Shown one piece after another: positions 28,897 to 41,023 of a stretch of 63,647 nucleotides of DNA (its first letter is position 1; every line of letters begins with the position of its first letter). The DNA comes from Euprymna scolopes (Eukaryota). The stretch lies in assembly GCA_053919585.1 (NCBI GenBank), contig CM132825.1. One strand, 5' to 3'. A model generated the notes under the pieces. It saw nothing but the letters and a program-made list of their open reading frames with translations, ran no database searches and was not told where the DNA came from. The position numbers and the translations under genes were made by a program.

Positions 28897-29938
28897 ATTA
28901 AATATTATTTATCTATAGACAGCCCTGTACGCACGAGCAGACGTGCGCGCACGCACAGCACGCATGCGTACTTATATGCTGTTGCCCGATCACCCTGATG
29001 TCTTTTGGGCGCACTGAGGCGTAAAAAAACACACTAACAAACACTATTCCTTTTCTGCTCTCNNNNNNNNNNNNNNNNNNNNNNNNNNNNNNNNNNNNNN
29101 NNNNNNNNNNNNNNNNNNNNNNNNNNNNNNNNNNNNNNNNNNNNNNNNNNNNNNNNNNNNNNNNNNNNNNNNNNNNNNNNNNNNNNNNNNNNNNNNNNNN
29201 NNNNNNNNNNNNNNNNNCCCCACAAGGTTTGTTTTAAATGTGGGGGAAATCCAGTTCACCAAAAAGGGGCACTCTGGATAGGAACAAAAATTAGAATTGT
29301 CTCAGTCATGAAGGATTTCTCCTCCACTGATCGAGGTCAGAAAAAGGTGAAGTATAGCTTGAGAGCAGATACGACACCGTGATCTTGGTCCGAAGCTCAA
29401 GGTACAAGAAAAATCTCAGAGTTCAGCGTTTGCTCTTGACGCGCATAAAAGAAAATCTGTTTAAATTATTTTATTTATCATTTGAAAATGGTAGAAACTA
29501 AGTTGTGTAAATGGTTGGTCATTGGCCGCCTTCAGTGCCACTAAGATAAAGTTTCTTAACTTTAACAATTATGAGGTGTTTGTCCAATATAAAAGTAAAG
29601 AAAGATCAGTATGATGCACGTATACGGGACGAAAAAAAAGTATCGTATACCAAAAGTCACGTAAATTGATCAAGGAGTTTTATTTTTAAATAAGAAAATA
29701 ATATTTTATCGCTAAATTACGAGCGACGATCTCGCGACAGCATTTTGAAAACTGTCTGAAGGAAGAAGGGAGACAACTCCAAATAATTCAAACTTGCAAG
29801 CTTTTAAAAATCAATTGGAAAAGCTCAAATTCCTTCAAACGATTTCTTTTTTTGGAATAATAACAGTCTGATACTTGATCAATTTACGTTATTTTTGGTG
29901 TGCGTTTTTTTTCTTTTCGGTCACGGGTACGTACGTCA

Positions 29939-29941
<3 letters not shown>

Positions 29942-30001
<60 letters not shown>
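29942..30001. repeat. (TA)n microsatellite
   Basis: Direct reading. Confidence 0.97.
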
Positions 30002-30005
<4 letters not shown>

Positions 30006-30061
30006 TAGTATAAGAGAAACACCGATTGCCATGGTAGAACCCTTCTTGGGGGCCCGCCGTT

Positions 30062-30692
30062 AAAACACTTTGGCCTAACATTTGAAGACAACATCAATCA
30101 AAATAAATACATAGAAAAAGGTGGGTTCCCTCTATCGGATCAGAAACCTTCTCACAATTGATAGTATTCTATATCATTATAAAGCCACTATTAATCGATG
30201 CATGAAGTATTGCTGTCGCATATAGGCTAGTGCGCCAACCACTATTTTATCTTTCTTTTTCTCTCTTTCTTTCTCTCCCCCTTTCTCCCTCTCTCATGCA
30301 TGCAAAAAAGAGTCTCTGACATAAGTCCCCCCACACTGTCTCCCAAGCTCTAACCACTGTCCCATCACTCCAGTATTGCATCCCTGTGATTATTTTACAA
30401 GTACCCCGACAAATCCAACAAACAGCAACACTGTAGCGTCAGCGATCCCTAGATGCCACAAAGCCTTCTCCTCGAATAGTTTTTTCTTTCGGCTTGCTAA
30501 ACTTTGGAATTCCCTTCTGGGCCCCAGCTTCCCTGACTTTACTGACACGCAGAAATACAAGTGTAATGTAAACAGACATATCACTGCCCGATTCCCTAAA
30601 TAGTAAACCTGAAAATCTGGTCCCAAATAGTAGCCCCTTCACGACTAAGTGGCTCTGTGCCTTTTGGGCTGAATTGACAAAAATAAATTAAA
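30062..30692 (+). mobile_element. CR1/L2-group LINE 3' fragment (tail type A)
   Basis: KKVGSLYRIRNLLTIDSILYHYKATINRCMKYCC...IPRCHKAFSSNSFFFRLAKLWNSLLGPSFPDFTDTQKYKCNVNRHI; same cccaaatagtagcccc...aagtggc tail as at 23627. Confidence 0.85.
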
Positions 30693-31194
30693 GAAAACTT
30701 TTTTTTTACAAAATGTGTTTAGGAAAGGTAATTGTTTTACCTTCCTAATAAAATATATTTAAAGAACACAGCATAAAAGAATAACAGACTTGTTTTTAAC
30801 AATAAAAACTTAGAATATTTATTGGTAGCAGGAACTGGCAGGTCGGACTGCGAAAAAGGAAACAGGAAAAGAAAGTTCTTTTGAGGCCGTCGTCGGTCGG
30901 TCAGTACTGTGTCGTCCCAGCTAATAGCAGTTGTTTCTAGTGGAGGCTGTCGATGCAAGAGCAAAATGTCCAGTGGATAGGGGACCAGAGAAGTGGTGTT
31001 GCTTGGCTAAAGATCCGGTCATGACTGACTGACGTGGCGTTCCCTCAAGACTTTAGGGAGCAGATGAATCAATGTGCCCTGTAAGCTGATAGGTCAGCCT
31101 GTGGCCGAAGAACTCAGAGGCAGAGGGGCATTGATTCACCAGAGAAAATAGTCCTCTGTGACTGCTACATGTACTCCGATTAACTTTTTTTTTT

Positions 31195-31395
31195 TTTACA
31201 TGGGGGGGGGGTCACCACTTATCAAGGCCCGAAGGCCACTCAGGGATAAGGGTTATTGCGTGTACAGTAATCAATGAGATAGTATTGTAGTAATCATTAG
31301 TATTGGGGTTTTTGATAGAGTGTCTTACTTAAGGGGGTGGTTTGTCAGGAGTTTACTGTATTTTCTACCTCTTCAACGTAATCAACCTAACTACT
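31195..31395 (-). mobile_element. CR1/L2-group LINE 3' UTR/tail (tail type B)
   Basis: gtcaccacttatcaaggcccgaaggccactcagggataagggtta is the reverse complement of the tail following the ORF2 end at 39950-39990. Confidence 0.75.
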
Positions 31396-31399
31396 AACA

Positions 31400-31800
31400 A
31401 AATTCCACCCCATCACTGTAGAGATCCCCAAATGATGGAAAAAGTTTTACTCTTATTGTAACATAGCGCGTGGGATAATAGCAGCAGGAGCTAGAAGATA
31501 GTTGGCTTGCGAGAATATTAGTAGCAGTAGCCGAAAAAAAAGCACATATGCAAATTAGGAAGGTTAGAAGCCGGTTAGACCCAAATAGGGTTAGTGCCGT
31601 TTCACTAACACACACACACACACACACACACACATCACATGGTCGGGAGAAGAAAAAGTGCGGTTGAAAAAGATCGAGGTGTAAATGGCTGTCTACGGCC
31701 AGTGTGTAGCGGAGCAGAAAGAAGAATGTCACCAGGTGAGATGGACATGTAGCCCCGCAAAGAGTAACTTTTAAGCTGGTGTTTAGACGGGAAGAGTAGA
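31400..31800. repeat. Dispersed repeat, diverged copy of 35900-36260 (unclassified TE fragment)
   Basis: Shared gcagtagccgaaaaaa(aa)gcacatatgcaaattaggaag and aaatggctg.ctacgg...gaaga.atgtc..c.gg..gagatgga blocks. Confidence 0.75.
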
Positions 31801-32129
31801 AAAAGCGGTAATAAACGAAGTGTTAAAAAAGAGAAAGAAAGGCTGAGTTAAATTTATTTATTTTTGTTTATTTGTTCCTTTTCAACGGTGTCGGACGACG
31901 TGGGGGGTCCGAGAGAGGTTTGTACTGTAATGAACTGCATGTCACTACATAGATTTCCACATAATACATATCATATACGCATATATAGAGAGGGAGAGAA
32001 ATAAAAAGGAACAAACCGTATTATGTGTTCATCAACGTTTCGTTTTTATTTCGAGACTTCCTCTGGATGAATGGGATTCAGAGTCTTTCACTTCCTCCCA
32101 GTTCATGTGTCAGAATTGCAAGTACATTA

Positions 32130-32755
32130 AGTTAGTGAGGAGATTTGCTGAAGTGTTTACTTAAGGGGGCGGTTCATTAGGAATTTGTTAACATTGGACT
32201 TGAAGACAAATTTAATAAATTTGTTACAACTTATATCAATTTCTTTTAATATCCAGAAAATTTTTCATATATATAGAAAAGCCTATATATCTATAAAAGT
32301 AAGAATTCGTGTGTGTGTGTGTGTGTGTGTGCTCGTGTGTGTTCGTGTGTGTGTGTTTTACATAGGAGTAACCACTTATTAAGGACCGGAGGCTACTCGA
32401 GGATAAGGGTTATGTAGTGTACAGTAAATGGGATAATATTGTAGTAATCGTTAGTGGTGTAAATTTAGCAAATTGAATTACTTAAGGGGACGATTCGTCA
32501 AGAATTTGTTTATGTTGGACTTGAAGACTAAATTGTAGTCAGCTGGAAAGCAGGCGAACGGAAAAGAGTTCGACAGATGTGCAGTTCTAAGAAAGAATCT
32601 TTGTTCATGGAATTTACGTTTTCGTTTAGATACAGATAAAGAGTGGGGGAAATTATTGACAGTGGTTTCAACTAGACGGGTGATTTTTGTGAAAGTTTGG
32701 CGAGGGTGAGGACCATAGATTTGGGCTTAGACGAGCATTTGCCATGAAAATGTGT
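32130..32755 (-). mobile_element. CR1/L2-group LINE 3' fragments (tail type B)
   Basis: Reverse complement matches 39600-39990 (ttttcatggcaaatgctc, aaattccatgaacaaagattctttcttagaactgc, ccagctgactacaa, tail); a short extra copy of the ORF end lies at 32130-32210. Confidence 0.8.
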
Positions 32756-32761
32756 GTATGT

Positions 32762-34050
32762 GTAAGGACACTTCTCAACCTATATACTCAAGGGAATTTT
32801 GACTTACAGACTTAATATTTAGTATATAGGATATTTAGGCATGTGGACAATTTTTTTTATCCGTTTTCATCTGGAGAAAAGTGCAGCTACGAGGTCTAAA
32901 TTGAAAAATTGTTGTATGAGAATCGTCGGATTGTCAGCAGTTTTCTAATTGTTTCACATTACAGATTCGTTATTTTAAAATGTCTCTCTTTCTCAAAAGA
33001 AAATGTCGAATAACAGTTATATTGTACTTAGCTGTTATGGAATAAAGCTCGCATAAAAAATTACACTTAATTGGATCAAGTAGTTTATTTATTTGCTAAC
33101 AATTCAGTCCGGCGTGTTTGGAGGTGTATGTTGAGCAAAAAAAAAAAAAATAAAAATAAATAAATAATAAATAAAAAATAGCGGTCAATTTTTTTTAATT
33201 TGACCCCCACTTAACATTTATTGTTTTGGACTCAAATCAAGTTATTAAGTTAGATCTCTGTCCAAGGAACCCAGATCTAAAATTTCAAGTGTTTAAACCC
33301 AAAATTGGCGGAGGAGTTTGGTAGAGTTCTCAAAGGTCAAATCGTTGAACTTTGCCCTCTTAAAAGCACAAATTTCTGGCTGAAAACCGATCGCAAAGAT
33401 TTTTCGAAATCTCAGTGCCCTGTATATTAAATTTCAAATTTGTAGACTTAAAATTAACAGAGTTATTGCGTTGGGAAANNNNNNNNNNNNNNNNNNNNNN
33501 NNNNNNNNNNNNNNNNNNNNNNNNNNNNNNNNNNNNNNNNNNNNNNNNNNNNNNNNNNNNNNNNNNNNNNNNNNNNNNNNNNNNNNNNNNNNNNNNNNNN
33601 NNNNNNNNNNNNNNNNNNNNNNNNNNNNNNNNNNNNNNNNNNNNNNNNNNNNNNNNNNNNNNNNNNNNNNNNNNNNNNNNNNNNNNNNNNNNNNNNCTTT
33701 TATAGATATATAGATTTATTTTTCAGCGAAAAAACAATTCACTATGATACCGCGGTCAAATTAAATAAATATTTTTTTGAGAACTGCATTCCATAACGTG
33801 TACGGGCAATATAACTTTTTTTCCAATATTTACATTTTTATATCTTGATTAACCTATATAAGTACCTTTATATGAAAGTTTCGGTTATTATGAACTAAAT
33901 ACATGCACAAATTTTGTTCCATGTCTTTTTTTTTTTATCCTGTATTTGAGATGATGGAGCGGTTGCTTTGTGCTCATTTTTTGGTCTCCTTCATGACTGA
34001 TAGATTTTTTATTTTTTTAAATTTTTGTTACAAATCAGAGTGCCCCTTTT
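32762..34050. mobile_element. Old non-autonomous DNA transposon with long diverged inverted arms (unclassified)
   Basis: 33001-33080 (agttatattg...gttatggaat) is a diverged inverted copy of 33750-33830; ends aaggacac / gtgcccctt; the right end also matches 29262-29315 inverted. Confidence 0.45.
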
Positions 34051-34138
34051 TACGGAGCTGGCTTACCCCCCCCCCCAACTAAAAGTCGACTTCATGTCTA
34101 ACTCTGCCCTCGTGGGGAGGCAAGTAAAAAAACAAACT

Positions 34139-34142
<4 letters not shown>

Positions 34143-34203
<61 letters not shown>
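34143..34203. repeat. (CT)n microsatellite
   Basis: Direct reading. Confidence 0.97.
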
Positions 34204-34204
<1 letters not shown>

Positions 34205-34827
34205 AACAATCATTAAGTGTGTTTTTATAAATACGTTGAAGGTAACAAACATTGACCACGACCAAGGAAGAACGTAAAACAACACCATTTTCACGTTATT
34301 TACTTTAGAGGAGGGGGATTTCCATACCGTCTGCCCAGGGTTCCTTTAGGGAGGGTAGAGAGGAAATAATGCAGATTTAAGTTTACGGGAACCATTTGTT
34401 GGAGTGTGGGGGGGGGTGAACCTATGTTTCTTTTGCTTTTATTTTCACTTTTCGGCTTTTACAACTTTTTACACTTTTCGGCTTCTACAAGGTTTGAAAA
34501 ATTTTTTTTTTTTGGCAGAGCGGGGGAATTTTTACATTAAATACAACTCCTCAATTTCCTTGAGAATGACGAGTTTTAGAAGTTATACAGTATACTCATT
34601 AAGACAAGGCCATTTATATTTGGCGTAGACAGGTACTTTTAAAGATATAAACACCTGCATTCTGCAGTATAATTCACTTGCGGAAGTTGGGAGCGTCAAT
34701 TCCAACAGCCGTTCTTACCATGGGGGGTTGGGGGGGTCTATTCCGAAAACTGTTCTTAACATAGGGAGGTTGGGGGTGGATACCAACAACAAGGTACTAT
34801 ATTTTTTATGCGAGGGGATATGTTTTC

Positions 34828-34860
34828 TCCGGGCAACGCCGGTTTACGGGTTCTGCTATT
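34828..34860 (+). mobile_element. Possible Helitron 3' terminus
   Basis: GC hairpin ccgggcaacgccgg followed ~15 nt later by ctat (expected CTRR); 5' end not located. Confidence 0.4.
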
Positions 34861-35218
34861 ATGTAATATATTGCTGCTGAGCATTATGTGGATGTTCAGC
34901 GTGAATGGAGACCCCACGATATTATTGTATCCCTTTTGTTAAAACTGTAAAAGTATTTATCTAATTAATCCGGTTAATGTAGTGTCAGAATATATCTGGT
35001 TATTACGGTTTATCTCCAATATCCTTATAGGAGTCAGTGACATATTTCCATTGTATGGACAGTCGGTGCGAACGGAAACTCCACAATATCATAATACCAT
35101 CTTTAAACAGGTACTACCCTTGTATACTAGTCAGAAGACCAAGAAAGCATATTTTAATTTCACGTGGGACCCAAAAGCGACACTATTTTTAAAATTTTAT
35201 TTTACATTGCATCTTCAG

Positions 35219-35555
35219 TGATCGGGAGATCCTATTTATTAAAAAGGAGGATAGAAGGTGATAACCTAATACGACCATTAAATCAGTGTATCTATATACT
35301 AATTTAATGTTCGTAGTGTGTTATTATTAGGGCTATGACAACAGCATATTCTTATCATTGTTTTGACTCTCGAATATATATCCGACACAGTTAGACACAG
35401 TTAATCAACCGAGAACCACATCAGTCTATATAAAAGCATATAAGATATCAACAGATACACACTCGAGAGTCAAAACAATGAAAAGGATATGCTGTTGTCC
35501 TAGTCCTTGTTATCATCTTCTATCCCCCTCCTTAATTAATAGGATCTCCCGATCA
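35219..35555. mobile_element. MITE/foldback element with ~90-bp inverted arms
   Basis: tgatcgggagatcctatt ... aataggatctcccgatca (perfect 18 bp) plus inner arm gacaacagcatatt...tcattgttttgactctcga / tcgagagtcaaaacaatga...atatgctgttgtc. Confidence 0.85.
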
Positions 35556-35899
35556 AATAATTTATAACCTGGAAGCCGTGACACATACGTGCGTACGTTA
35601 AAAGCACTACCTTATTAATATATACATTATTTGTGTTAATATGCTGGTCGATGGTAAAAGGCTACTTATGATACCTGGGGTTGCAATACAATTTTAACCA
35701 TCGAAAGTGAGTTTCCACAATTTGTTGGAGGCTGATAAAGAAAATGTATCGCATATATTCATCTCTCTTTTTCTTTTTTTTTTTAAATTCTATCCTTAAT
35801 CGCGTATTATCATTCTGTAACCTCCATTCATTTCTCACCTTCAATCACTACTAGTTTTCTTTCTTTTCGTTTATTTTATAGAAATGAATCATCGATCAA

Positions 35900-36260
35900 G
35901 GATAAGTATTAATGAGATTGCTGTTTTGCAAGTTAGTGGATATGAGCGAGTTGGGAAATATCACCAACAGCAGCGAAGGATGGATGGCTTGGGAAGAGAT
36001 TAGCTGCAGCAGTAGCCGAAAAAAGCACATATGCAAATTAGGAAGTGTGCGCGGGGAAAAAAAGAAAGAAAAAGGAGAAAAGGGACACCACGTAGTCGGG
36101 GATGGGAAACAAAGTCACCGTCGAAGAAAATGGACGTGTAAAGTCGAAGGTGAGAAATGGCTGGCTACGGCTGGCGTGAGGTCGAAGAAAAATGTCCACC
36201 GGACGAGATGGATGACGGCGAGAGACTTTTAAGTGGTGTTGAAATGGGAGAGCAACGCTG
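35900..36260. repeat. Dispersed repeat, diverged copy of 31400-31800
   Basis: Same shared blocks as 31400-31800. Confidence 0.75.
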
Positions 36261-36284
36261 ATAAATGCTTTTTTTTTTTTTACA

Positions 36285-36975
36285 AGGTAGTCACCACTTA
36301 TCAAGGCCCGGAAGCCACTAGGGGATAAGGGTTATTTAAAAAAGAAAAAAAAAAATGCCGACCCGGATTTTCATTTATTTTTCCCCCCAGTTTTATTTAT
36401 GAATTACTGAAGTAAAATATAACACCACGTAACGTTACAGTTTGGCGATTAAGTGATGTCGAGACGGGAGAGTAATGGCAACGAAAAACATTTGTTAGGA
36501 AAAGAAAAAAAATGCCGATCCGAATTTTTATTTATTTTCTTTTACAGTTTTATTATTTTAGAATTACTAAAGTACAGTGCAACGCCACGCAACGTTACAG
36601 TTTGGCGATAAACAACGCCACTGAAAGGCTTGGAAACGATTGCTTGAATGTTCAAAAATTGATTATTTGACTGAGCTTATCCACAAGAATTTGTTTACAC
36701 TGGACTTGAAAACTACCATGTTGTAGTCAGCTGGGAAGTAGCACCGTAGTATGGTATTTCATAGATGTAGAGTTTTTGGTAAGAAACTCTGTTCATTGTA
36801 ATTTTCTTTCGTTATTGCTACACTAAGGAAAAAAAAAAAAGGAAAGTTTGTACAATGGTTGATGCTGGACGAAGATTTGCTTAGGATACTTTGCAAGGAG
36901 GAACCATCGATTGGAACTCAGTCGAGTACTTAGCATTTACAATGAAAATAGGAATAGAGTAGAGGAAGACTAGCA
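36285..36975 (-). mobile_element. CR1/L2-group LINE 3' fragment (tail type B) interrupted by a ~310-bp insert
   Basis: Tail at 36290-36335; ORF2-end homology at 36685-36975 (ggacttgaaaactaccatgttgtagtcagctgggaag); unrelated tandem dimer between them. Confidence 0.75.
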
Positions 36976-38054
36976 CCTTCTCAGTCATTCTGTCTTTTGT
37001 TGATTTTCATTTTCTCATTCCTACCTTCCTCTGCTTTTCTCTTTCGCTATTCATATCTCTCTGTTTCTTTTACGCACNNNNNNNNNNNNNNNNNNNNNNN
37101 NNNNNNNNNNNNNNNNNNNNNNNNNNNNNNNNNNNNNNNNNNNNNNNNNNNNNNNNNNNNNNNNNNNNNNNNNNNNNNNNNNNNNNNNNNNNNNNNNNNN
37201 NNNNNNNNNNNNNNNNNNNNNNNNNNNNNNNNNNNNNNNNNNNNNNNNNNNNNNNNNNNNNNNNNNNNNNNNNNNNNNNNNNNNNNNNNNNNNNNNNNNN
37301 NNNNNNNNNNNNNNNNNNNNNNNNNNNNNNNNNNNNNNNNNNNNNNNNNNNNNNNNNNNNNNNNNNNNNNNNNNNNNNNNNNNNNNNNNNNNNNNNNNNN
37401 NNNNNNNNNNNNNNNNNNNNNNNNNNNNNNNNNNNNNNNNNNNNNNNNNNNTTAAACCGCATTCATTTCTTATTTTTTATCTTTCAAGAACTCGACTGTT
37501 GCGATGGCGCGCAAAGAAACCTAAAAAATATGGCTGAAGATTCTTGCGCGTGGTAAGCGGTAAAGTTACAATGTTCTTTGCTATCTCCCAATAGGCAAAG
37601 GAATACACCTCTTTTACCAGCACTAGTCGTCACAGCACTCTAAGCCGTGTGTCAGTTGCACTGGGGCACATGTTCTGGCACCTAAAAAAAAGTGCAACAG
37701 TCTAATGCCCGCCCTTATTTTATTCATCTTTTTACTTTTTGAGGTCGTTTTTCTGCCTTTATTTTTCTTTCTTCTTTCTTACCAAATGAACGACTAGGTG
37801 AAATTGCCAACACCTCGTAGAAGAATATCCCGCGTGTACTCTACACCGTTTGTTTCTCGNNNNNNNNNNNNNNNNNNNNNNNNNNNNNNNNNNNNNNNNN
37901 NNNNNNNNNNNNNNNNNNNNNNNNNNNNNNNNNNNNNNNNNNNNNNNNNNNNNNNNNNNNNNNNNNNNNNNNNNNNNNNNNNNNNNNNNNNNNNNNNNNN
38001 NNNNNNNGTAGAAGACGAATACGAATAAAACAAAGGGAAAAAGAAATAAAAGAA

Positions 38055-38255
38055 TAAGTGCCTAAATCTGAACACAAATTCCATGAACAAAGTTTCTTTT
38101 CTAGAACTGCCCGTCTGTGGAACTGTGGTCCACTGGCCTGCTTCCCAGCTGACTACAACACGGGCGTCTCCCCACTAAAAACGATTACTGAGCTGTTGTT
38201 TCAGTGACTACCGTATACTAAATAACCTTTATCCTCGAGTGGCCTGCGAGACTTG
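38055..38255 (+). mobile_element. CR1/L2-group LINE 3' fragment (tail type B)
   Basis: aaattccatgaacaaagtttctttctagaactgcccgtctgtggaactgt...ccagctgactacaac; tail accttt atcctcgagtggcc. Confidence 0.8.
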
Positions 38256-38524
38256 AAAACTGATGAGTTCATTGTGAAGAAAAAATAGAAAGAAACAAAA
38301 AGAAGAAATAGACGAAAAGCTAGAAAAAGCAGAAAGAGATAATAGAGAATCGAATTTCGAAATAGAAAAGAAGACGACGATGACAAAGAAGAAGCAAAAA
38401 AGAGAAGGCCGAGGAGAAGGAGAAAAAGAAAGCGGTTTACTATATTTATTCAATTTCATTTTCTTTTTCACTTTAGAAGAAGAAATAGAAAAAGAAAATT
38501 AGCTGTTGTTGTTGTTGTTCTTCT

Positions 38525-38580
<56 letters not shown>
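38525..38580. repeat. (GAT)n microsatellite within purine-rich low-complexity DNA
   Basis: Direct reading. Confidence 0.95.
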
Positions 38581-38582
<2 letters not shown>

Positions 38583-38837
38583 ATTGGAGATGGATGAGGT
38601 AGAGGCGAAAGATTAAAAGGAGGTTTAGAATGAGATCAAGAAAAGGCTGAACAAGAAGAAAACGAGAAGAAAAAGAGGAAAGGATGATAACACGAATATA
38701 AAAAATAAAAACAATGAGTAGCAGCTGGGGTGGGAAGGGGTGGGAAGGGAAAAGAAGTAGGAAGAACAGGGAAATGCAAGTCAACTCAACTTCTTACACT
38801 GAACTGCACGAAACGAAATAAACAAAAATATATAAAT

Positions 38838-38840
<3 letters not shown>

Positions 38841-38900
<60 letters not shown>
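38841..38900. repeat. (CA)n microsatellite
   Basis: Direct reading. Confidence 0.97.
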
Positions 38901-38902
<2 letters not shown>

Positions 38903-39198
38903 GTTAATAATTTATGGAACGCTCAATATTAATTGTCTCCTTCTGGGGAAACTTCTTTAGATTAAGTCATCAAGTCATTAAGGAGAATACACCTACGGTC
39001 TACAGACTTTATAGTTATCTCCTCTTTTAAAAACCTTTTAAATTGCTTCGAATTNNNNNNNNNNNNNNNNNNNNNNNNNNNNNNNNNNNNNNNNNNNNNN
39101 NNNNNNNNNNNNNNNNNNNNNNNNNNNNNNNNNNNNNNNNNNNNNNNNNNNNNNNNNNNNNNNNNNNNNNNNNNNNNNNNNNNNNNNNNNNNNNNNNN

Positions 39199-39418
39199 CA
39201 AGGCACAGTGCCACTTTGAAGCAGGGGGCTACTATTAGGGACTTAATTAGCGGGGCCATTATGAAGGGAGATGAGTAGAAAGATGTTTGTTAACATTACA
39301 CTTGAACTTCTCATATCATTGCAGTTGGGAAAGCAGAATCCCGGAAGGGAATTACAAAGACCCGCAGTTCTGGGGAAGAAACTATTGGAGTAAAAGGCTT
39401 TCTTGCACCTAGGGATCT
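39199..39418 (-). mobile_element. CR1/L2-group LINE 3' end (tail type A)
   Basis: ORF track: IPRCKKAFYSNSFFPRTAGLCNSLPGFCFPNCNDM; reverse complement carries the taatagtagccccc...aagtggcactgtgccttg tail. Confidence 0.85.
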
Positions 39419-39563
39419 NNNNNNNNNNNNNNNNNNNNNNNNNNNNNNNNNNNNNNNNNNNNNNNNNNNNNNNNNNNNNNNNNNNNNNNNNNNNNNNNNN
39501 NNNNNNNNNNNNNNNNNNNNNNNNNNNNNNNNNNNNNNNNNNNNNNNNNNNNNNNNNNNNNNN

Positions 39564-40010
39564 TCTCACAGAAGAGATGTTGCGAGTTTGTCTCTGATTT
39601 ATCGTTATTTTCATGGAAAGTGTTCAACTGAGCTTCAATCTATGGTCCCCCCTCGCAAAACTTTCACAAGAAACACTCGTCTAGCTGTAAACACTATCAA
39701 TAATTTCCCCCACTCTTTATCTGTGCCTAAACCTAAACGTAGATTCCATGAACAAAGCTTCTTTCTTAGAACTGCACGCTTGTGGAATTGTCTTCCGTTT
39801 TCCTGCTTTCCGGCTGACTACAATATGGTTGTCTTCAAGTCTAAAGTAAATAAGTTCTTGATGAGCCGTTCCATATAAGTTATCAAATTTACCAAATTTT
39901 CATTACTAATGATTACTATATTGTCCAATTTCTACTGTACACTCTTTAACCCTTATCCTTGAGTGGCCTCTGGGCCTTGATAATGTGGTGATGCCTATGT
40001 AAAAAAAAAA
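39564..40010 (+). mobile_element. CR1/L2-group LINE 3' end (tail type B)
   Basis: SHRRDVASLSLIYRYFHGKCSTELQSMVPP...FHEQSFFLRTARLWNCLPFSCFPADYNMVVFKSKVNKFL*, then 3' UTR and an A-tail. Confidence 0.9.
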
Positions 40011-40630
40011 ACTCNNNNNNNNNNNNNNNNNNNNNNNNNNNNNNNNNNNNNNNNNNNNNNNNNNNNNNNNNNNNNNNNNNNNNNNNNNNNNNNNNNNNNN
40101 NNNNNNNNNNNNNNNNNNNNNNNNNNNNNNNNNNNNNNNNNNNNNNNNNNNNNNNNNNNNNNNNNNNNNNNNNNNNNNNNNNNNNNNNNNNNNNNNNNNN
40201 NNNNNNNNNNNNNNNNNNNNNNNNNNNNNNNNNNTAAATACGAAAAATCTATATAAATGTGTATATCTTTTCTGTATTTATTTCCTGTGTGATGACGTAG
40301 GAATACAAAAAGTCTTTTGATAAAAACAAGAATGTTTCCCTCAAAAGCACATACTTTTCGACAGATCCCTCGATCTTCCTCAGTGTGAATGATAGAAAAC
40401 ATGAGTGAGCGGCAGAGTTAGTAGCGGGAGGAGGGGCACGGGTATAGCCATTAAGGTGAAGATCNNNNNNNNNNNNNNNNNNNNNNNNNNNNNNNNNNNN
40501 NNNNNNNNNNNNNNNNNNNNNNNNNNNNNNNNNNNNNNNNNNNNNNNNNNNNNNNNNNNNNNNNNNNNNNNNNNNNNNNNNNNNNNNNNNNNNNNNNNNN
40601 NNNNNNNNNNNNNNNNNNNNNNNNNNNNNT

Positions 40631-41023
40631 TTAAAAATCAAAAGCAATGCGAAAAGGACCGGAATCGCAAGAGTAAAGAAAAGAAAACAAATAAAAATAG
40701 ACGGGTATGTTCGAGTAGAGAAATTCCTTCCCTTTTCAAAACAAAAGTATATTCAAAATCTTGAATATACTTTTGTTTTCTTTTTGAAAAGGAGAGAAAT
40801 TTCTCCCGAAATTAATCAAAGTTCCATACCACCAACGGACTTTATATACACCGGACATACTAACAACTTGGTTATAAAATAATAATACAACGAGGTGAGG
40901 GATGATAGATGAATAAACATTTAGACATTCCTCTACTTGAACATACCCGTCTATTTGTTTGTTTGTTTTTCTTTTCTTTACTCTTGTGATTCCGGTCCTT
41001 TCTGCATTGCTTTTGGCCTTTAA
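40631..41023. repeat. ~95-bp inverted repeat pair enclosing a long hairpin
   Basis: 40631-40724 versus 40927-41023 inverted; perfect 19-bp stem 40738-40756/40761-40779, imperfectly extendable to 40718-40805. Confidence 0.9.

Noticed and set aside
38259-38290. CTGATGAG-ttca-ttg-tgaa-GAAA hammerhead-like string
   Set aside because: No closing pair, stem III, cleavage triplet or stem I; runs into A-rich low-complexity DNA.
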